In this document: piece after piece, positions 58,531 through 64,000 of the stretch
Layout of the letters: each line of letters opens with the position of its first letter
Numbering within the stretch: the stretch's first letter is position 1
IMG/VR virus record: IMGVR_UViG_3300002144_000695
Length of the DNA: 64,000 bases
Source: a virus
Reading direction: 5' to 3' (one strand)
Made by a program: the position numbers and the translations under genes
The notes under the pieces: model-generated
Databases searched by the model: none
Told to the model about the DNA's origin: nothing
The model's input: only the letters and a program-made list of their open reading frames with translations

Positions 58531-58806
58531 ATGGCAGTACCACATAACAAATATTCAATGCAAACTATTATTCGATATAATGGACGATTAGTAGATGTAT
58601 TAGATCGCATTCGGGCAATTGAATTGATATTAATGGTTCATATCGAACAAGATCTAGGCAAAGATAAAGAATTGGTTACAATAAAAATAATGACACCAAT
58701 GCCGCCTCGAGATACATTTTATAATATTAGAAAAGAGTGTTTAGGTAAAATTGAAACACTTAACGATATGACATTACAAGATTCTACACTTACAAAATTA
58801 TTTTAA
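58531..58806 (+). CDS. hypothetical protein
   Basis: ATG58531 after the late motif at 58507 (track uses GTG58501). Confidence 0.7.
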   Translation: MAVPHNKYSMQTIIRYNGRLVDVLDRIRAIELILMVHIEQDLGKDKELVTIKIMTPMPPRDTFYNIRKECLGKIETLNDMTLQDSTLTKLF

Positions 58807-58821
58807 TTTAAAAAGGTTATC

Positions 58822-59481
58822 ATGGCTATATCAAACAAGGAGAAAACTCCGCCAAAGAATGACATTAAATTTTCAATTACATTATCGCCAGAACAAAAAG
58901 AAGCAAAATCAAAAATAATTAATACACCATTTAATTTTATATTAGGTAAAGCTGGTTCGGGTAAAACATTGCTAGCAGTACAAGTAGCATTGGATTTATT
59001 TTTTAAACGACAAGTAAATAAAATTATTATAACACGACCGACAGTGTCAAATGAAGATAACGGATTCTTACCAGGAACACTAACTGAAAAAATGGAACCA
59101 TGGTTAGTTCCAATTCGTAGCAATATGCGTAAAGTGTATAACAAACCTGAGTTGCTAGAAAAACTAGAAAAAGATGAAAGTATTGAATTGGTTTCATTAG
59201 CACATTTTAGAGGGCGAACATTTGATACTGCAGTTTGTATAGTTGACGAATTTCAAAATTTAACAAAACAACAATTGCAAATGGTATTGTCTAGACTCGG
59301 AAAAGATAGTATCATGATTCTATGTGGCGACAAATATCAAGTAGATTTAAAATTTAAAAATGATTCAGCAACACACGAAGTTCCTAAATTAAGAGATTCA
59401 AAATGGGTTAATGAAATTATTTTGTTAGATAATCACAGACATGAAGCATTGGATGATATATTATCTAGATTAATTGATTAA
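58822..59481 (+). CDS. phoH: PhoH-family ATPase
   Basis: GKAGSGKT, RP.V, GFLPG, RGRTF, IVDEFQN, GD..Q.D. Confidence 0.92.
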   Translation: MAISNKEKTPPKNDIKFSITLSPEQKEAKSKIINTPFNFILGKAGSGKTLLAVQVALDLFFKRQVNKIIITRPTVSNEDNGFLPGTLTEKMEPWLVPIRSNMRKVYNKPELLEKLEKDESIELVSLAHFRGRTFDTAVCIVDEFQNLTKQQLQMVLSRLGKDSIMILCGDKYQVDLKFKNDSATHEVPKLRDSKWVNEIILLDNHRHEALDDILSRLID

Positions 59482-59512
59482 CGTGTATATTTATATATAA
59501 AAGGAAACAACA

Positions 59513-60784
59513 ATGGATTACAGTGAAAATAAACCAATATGGCCCGGAAGTTCATCATTCACAGTAGGGGCTACGCCATGGGGTATTTTTGACAATGATT
59601 TATTGTTTCAAACACATTCAGATAGTTTTGCTCAATATGCAGCACAACATTTAGGATATCCTATAATGGATGTTGAGTTGCAAGATATCAATTTTTATAC
59701 TGCATTTGAAGCTTCTATAATGGAATATTCCAATCAAGTTAATCAAGTTAATATTGTTAACAACTTGATGAGTACGTTGGGCATACAAACAGGTTCAGAC
59801 TTTTTATCAAACAATGGATTTACCGGCCAACTAGTTGGTAGTTCGTTTGGATATATATCAAAACTATCAAAAGCATATGGAACCGAAGCAGATTCTGGTG
59901 GTACTACTACATGGAAAAAAGCTAAGATTAATATGATCCCAGGCCAACAAACATATAGTATTAGAGATGCAATATCAGCATCATTAGGATATGAACTTTC
60001 AAATACTAGTTCAATTGAAATTAAACGAGTACTTCATAATCCTCCGCCAGCAATAACACGATACTTTGATCCATTTGTAGGAACTGGTTTAGGATCAACT
60101 CAATTATTAGACTCATTTAACTTTGGAGGATTTTCGCCATCAATTAGTTTCATGATGATGCCAATACATGCAGATTTATTAAGATTGCAATCAATTGAGT
60201 TTAATGATCAAATACGAAAGTCTCATTATACATTTGAGATTCATGGGGATGATATTAAATTTTATCCGATTCCAACATCAGGCACAGGCAGTCAAGCATC
60301 TAGTATATTTTATAGTGGTGTTTGGATTGACTATATCTTTGAAGATCAAAAAAATGAGGACGCACTTTTATTCGGTAATACAGCACTTATAAACGGTGCG
60401 GTAAGTGACGCATCCAATATACCATATACATATCAAAAATACACTAGCATTAATGATATGGGGCGCGCGTGGATTATTAAATATGCAACGGCTTTAGCTA
60501 AAGAAATGTTAGGATATGTTCGAGGAAAATATAGTTCAGTTCCTATTCCTAATTCAGAAGTAACATTGAATGGATCAGACTTAGTAAGTCAGGGTCAATC
60601 TGAAAAAGAATCATTAATAAATCAATTACGTGAATTTTTAGATAAAATGACCCGCGAGGCGATGATAACAAGACAAAATGCAGAATCAACTCAAATGAAC
60701 GAAATTCTAGCAAAAGTCCCATTAAAAATTTATGTTGGTGCTCTCGTACCATTTATATTATTATTAGGAAATGGGTTATGGTAA
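59513..60784 (+). CDS. neck protein (gp13-like)
   Basis: LGYPIMDVEL, WIIKYATALAKEMLG.VRGKY, VTLNG. Confidence 0.8.
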   Translation: MDYSENKPIWPGSSSFTVGATPWGIFDNDLLFQTHSDSFAQYAAQHLGYPIMDVELQDINFYTAFEASIMEYSNQVNQVNIVNNLMSTLGIQTGSDFLSNNGFTGQLVGSSFGYISKLSKAYGTEADSGGTTTWKKAKINMIPGQQTYSIRDAISASLGYELSNTSSIEIKRVLHNPPPAITRYFDPFVGTGLGSTQLLDSFNFGGFSPSISFMMMPIHADLLRLQSIEFNDQIRKSHYTFEIHGDDIKFYPIPTSGTGSQASSIFYSGVWIDYIFEDQKNEDALLFGNTALINGAVSDASNIPYTYQKYTSINDMGRAWIIKYATALAKEMLGYVRGKYSSVPIPNSEVTLNGSDLVSQGQSEKESLINQLREFLDKMTREAMITRQNAESTQMNEILAKVPLKIYVGALVPFILLLGNGLW

Positions 60785-60872
60785 AATGTAATATTTGTGA
60801 TAAATATTTTAAAAGAATTGACGCAGTTAGAATAAGACAATCCGGATCAGATAAAATAACGGAGATCAAGTA

Positions 60873-61394
60873 ATGGCACTATTTGGTGGAAAACGAGATG
60901 CAAGATTTTTAGCAGCAATTAACTCAGAATTAATTAATGCAATAGTTGATACAGAAATTGAATTTTTTAAATTGATTGTTGAACAAAGCAATTCTAATTT
61001 ATATGGAGAGTCAACTAAAAAAGCATTTTTTGATTCGATATTGATTCCTTGTTTGATTACTAAAGAAGGAAAAACTTCTAATATGGATGATTACGGACAT
61101 TCTTATACTAGAACAGCTCAATTTGGAATATCACGTGATATATTAGAACGAGCAGATTTCTACCCAGAAGTAGGTGATATAATATTTTGGGACAATGAAT
61201 ATTATGAAATTGATAATACTGACGCAAATCAATATTTTACAGGTAAAAATCCAGACACTTGGCCGAATGGGTCAGAACACGGATATAGTGTGTCAGTAAT
61301 ATGTGATGCACATGCAACAAGACAAACACCACAAGGTATAACAGACATTAGACGAGGCGGAAACAATAATGCTCCAGCATATAAAGGATATTAA
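60873..61394 (+). CDS. neck/head-completion protein (gp14-like)
   Basis: FYPEVGDIIFW...YYEI; position after gp13. Confidence 0.7.
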   Translation: MALFGGKRDARFLAAINSELINAIVDTEIEFFKLIVEQSNSNLYGESTKKAFFDSILIPCLITKEGKTSNMDDYGHSYTRTAQFGISRDILERADFYPEVGDIIFWDNEYYEIDNTDANQYFTGKNPDTWPNGSEHGYSVSVICDAHATRQTPQGITDIRRGGNNNAPAYKGY

Positions 61395-62617
61395 TGCCTA
61401 AATTGAATAGACAAAATATTGATCGTAAAACAAATAAACCTGAGTTAAGTCAAACAGAGGGTCTAACTCCAGATGTATTATTAAATCGTGCATTACAAGT
61501 ACGACGTGATGATGATATCGTACGAAATCAACAACGAACGATATATGATATTGACTATGCAATTAAATGGTTCATTGACAATGACATCCAGCCGCAAATA
61601 ACAGCAAATGAACAATTAGTTCCAGTCCCGGTGATATTTGCAAATGGAGAAAAATGGGATAATGTACGACGTCTAGGATATTTGCGAGATGAAAAAGGCA
61701 TGCTACAATCTCCAATTATCATGTTAAAAAGAAATAGTGTTGCTGAACGAGATTCACAAAGAACGTTAGATGTCAATCGACCACAATCTTCAAATCAATT
61801 AATTTATAAAAGTAAGTATAATGAAAGAAATAGATATGAAGATCAATTCTTTCCTATTTCAACAAATCAATCAAACTCATCACAACAAATATATGTAGTA
61901 GATATTCCTAAATATGTTATTGTAGAGTATGAATTATTAATATGGTGTGATTTTACAGAACAACTTAATGAATTAGTAGATCAAATTATGCCGTACGGCC
62001 GGTATTCTTGGGGTAATGGCGGGAATAAATTTCCGACGTCAATTGGCAGCATTAATTTTGAAACAGTTAATACGGTAGGAGACGATCGATTAGTTCGAGC
62101 GACAATTCCATTAACTGTGCAAGGAACATTATTATCAGCACAAGAAGCTCGACGATCAACCATACAAAAAATGTACTCTGTTAAAAAAGTATCATTCAAT
62201 ACCGTTGTAGATGTTACAAGTGATTTATTTAGTAGTACAACAATTCCGCAAAGCTTATTAAATGCGCGATCATTTATTTTGAATGGGGGCAATGTAACAG
62301 TAAATAATGGCGGCACAACAACAAATGTTAATGCTAACATACTAGAATATTTAACTCAGTTAACAGATCAAATTGCGACGTATTTAGATTCAACAACTAT
62401 AACAATATCCGCCGCGGCAAAAATAAACCCAACTACATTTCAAACGGCCACTAAAAATGAATTTGATGTTTATATAAACGGTCAATATATTGACCAATTT
62501 GCATATGACTGGATTCCGAGTGATATAACTACACAAACAATAATATTTGATACATCAATATTAGGATATTCAATTGAACCAGCAGACACAATAATTATTA
62601 ATGGAAGGTGGGCATAA
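61394..62617 (+). CDS. tail terminator/sheath stabiliser (gp15-like)
   Basis: VPVIFANGEKW, P.IML.R, IP.YV...Y. Confidence 0.7.
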   Translation: MPKLNRQNIDRKTNKPELSQTEGLTPDVLLNRALQVRRDDDIVRNQQRTIYDIDYAIKWFIDNDIQPQITANEQLVPVPVIFANGEKWDNVRRLGYLRDEKGMLQSPIIMLKRNSVAERDSQRTLDVNRPQSSNQLIYKSKYNERNRYEDQFFPISTNQSNSSQQIYVVDIPKYVIVEYELLIWCDFTEQLNELVDQIMPYGRYSWGNGGNKFPTSIGSINFETVNTVGDDRLVRATIPLTVQGTLLSAQEARRSTIQKMYSVKKVSFNTVVDVTSDLFSSTTIPQSLLNARSFILNGGNVTVNNGGTTTNVNANILEYLTQLTDQIATYLDSTTITISAAAKINPTTFQTATKNEFDVYINGQYIDQFAYDWIPSDITTQTIIFDTSILGYSIEPADTIIINGRWA

Positions 62618-62931
62618 TGTCTAGACAATTAAGACCCGGCCAAATACGAACAGGCTCATTATATGATATTACTGCCTCATTTGCTGTTAGTTCATCATGG
62701 TCGCCTAGTACATTTCCATTTTCCGGAAGTGCTGTAATTACAGGTTCATTAACAATTAAAAGTGATGTTCAAGACATATTCATCATAAAGAATTTTGATA
62801 ACCAACCAATATTAACAGTATCACAAAGTGGCGTAATAACCATAGCAACTCAAAGTGCAGAACTAGTTAGTCCCGCTCCAAATGGAGGCCTATATTTTAC
62901 TTCTACGGCTTTTTGGGTAGGATTAGATTGA
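62617..62931 (+). CDS. small virion protein
   Basis: ATG62617 overlapping the upstream stop. Confidence 0.6.
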   Translation: MSRQLRPGQIRTGSLYDITASFAVSSSWSPSTFPFSGSAVITGSLTIKSDVQDIFIIKNFDNQPILTVSQSGVITIATQSAELVSPAPNGGLYFTSTAFWVGLD

Positions 62932-62977
62932 TTTTAACACAACACATATATTTATATTAAACAATAAGGAAAATAAA

Positions 62978-64000
62978 ATGGCAGAATGGAAAAAAGTTGT
63001 TGTCTCCGGCAGTAACGTTTCACAATTAAATAATGATGCGGGATATTTAACAAGTGTATCCGGCACAAATTCATTTGAAACAATATCTGTTAATGGCGTA
63101 AGTGTAGTAGCCGACAATGCATCCGACACATTAACAGTTGCATCTGGTTCAGGAGCAGGGTTAAGTATAGTTGGAAATGCTGGAGCTGATTCAATTACAT
63201 TTACATTAGGTGGAATTCCTAATGCTAGTTTAGCAAATTCAACAATCAGTGGAGTTTCTTTAGGCGACACATTGAATGCATTGACAGCTGGATCAGGCCT
63301 AAACAATGGCGGCGGAACTTTCACCGGTGCAGCAACAAGAACATTCTCAGTTGATTCCGGGTCAATGTTACCATATTACTCAAGTTCAATCTTTGCAACA
63401 GTATCGGGTGATGTTACAATTGACTCATCAGGTGTAGCTTCAATACAAACCAATGCAGTAACACTAGGTACTGATACAACAGGTGACTATGTTGCTACTT
63501 TAGGCTCCGGTACCGGTGTAACAATTGGATCAAATACAGGCGAAGGAAGTACCCCAACAATAACAGTTGATTATGGTTCAACCGCAAACACAGCAGTTCA
63601 AGGTAATACAACAATATCATTAACTGGAACTGCAAATGAAGTTGAAATTACAGGTACAACCGCACAAGCATTAGGAGGAGCTCCTTCATATACAATTGGA
63701 TTACCAGACAACGTTACAATTGGAGCCAATTTGACTGTAACTGGAGATTTATTTGTAAATGGTACAACAACAACAATTAACACGACTGATTTATATATTG
63801 AAGACAAGTTCATTGTATTGGCATCAGGATCAGCAACAGCCGGCGATGGTGGTATTATTATTGACCGAGGCGGCGACGCAGCTGGAAATATTGCATTTGG
63901 ATATGACTCAACAACAGATCGTTGGGGATACCAAAATGGATTAACAGATTCAACTAACGCAATAGTAATAGGTACAAACGGTAACTCAGCATTTGCTGGA
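62978..64000 (+). CDS. tail fibre protein, truncated by window end (not in track)
   Basis: ATG62978 MAEWKKVVVSGS...; open Gly/Ser/Thr-rich frame to the end, including LTVTGDLFVNGTTTTINT..L.IED. Confidence 0.75.
   Translation, partial: MAEWKKVVVSGSNVSQLNNDAGYLTSVSGTNSFETISVNGVSVVADNASDTLTVASGSGAGLSIVGNAGADSITFTLGGIPNASLANSTISGVSLGDTLNALTAGSGLNNGGGTFTGAATRTFSVDSGSMLPYYSSSIFATVSGDVTIDSSGVASIQTNAVTLGTDTTGDYVATLGSGTGVTIGSNTGEGSTPTITVDYGSTANTAVQGNTTISLTGTANEVEITGTTAQALGGAPSYTIGLPDNVTIGANLTVTGDLFVNGTTTTINTTDLYIEDKFIVLASGSATAGDGGIIIDRGGDAAGNIAFGYDSTTDRWGYQNGLTDSTNAIVIGTNGNSAFAG

Noticed and set aside
3074-62955. Reading the late motif as T4-type TATAAATA driving antisense transcription
   Set aside because: It consistently lies just upstream of starts in the TATTTATA orientation on both strands, which fits sense promoters.
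253-63944. Numerous short opposite-strand or off-frame ORFs in the track (e.g. 1084-1329, 3898-4176, 11002-11412, 33068-33388, 53487-53837, 62923-63324)
   Set aside because: They lie inside longer genes with recognisable motifs, and lack promoter or start context; they are shadow ORFs.
1-64000. Stop-codon reassignment (alternative genetic code)
   Set aside because: Core genes (terminase, portal, MCP, Mre11-Rad50) are full length in code 11 and coding density is high.
1-64000. CRISPR array, tRNA or rRNA genes, IS elements, introns or inteins
   Set aside because: No regularly spaced repeats, cloverleafs, transposase, homing-endonuclease or intein motifs were recognised by eye; terminase, portal and primase have ordinary lengths.

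Overview
This window is a 64-kb, AT-rich, gene-dense segment of a large T4-like (myovirus-type) dsDNA phage genome read in the standard genetic code. The host is very probably a Bacteroidota. Evidence for the host: phage-encoded bS21, an Hc1-type histone-like protein, a DUF4494-like protein, signal peptides with Gln at +1, and TTTG...TAnnTTT-type promoters. Layout from left to right: (i) early small genes and an AAA ATPase behind repeated host-type promoters; (ii) an ORF-free G/C-tract element at ~2.65-2.78 kb; (iii) late accessory genes, many sharing short N-terminal leaders that end in a (I/L/V)-x-E motif; (iv) UvsE, an HD hydrolase and a gp55-like late sigma factor; (v) baseplate genes; (vi) a kinase-like gene, Endo I, primase and a fused Mre11-Rad50; (vii) a nucleotidyltransferase/ligase-like multidomain protein; (viii) the terminase-portal-protease-bS21-scaffold-MCP head module; (ix) PhoH, neck and tail-terminator genes, and a tail fibre that runs off the end. 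The two most interesting patterns are: (1) Shine-Dalgarno motifs on many late genes but not on most host-promoter genes, beside a phage bS21 in a host group that normally sequesters its anti-SD; and (2) a reusable leader plus variable cargo family that looks like a capsid-loaded effector payload processed by the prohead protease. All product calls come from motif recognition by eye; no database searches were run.
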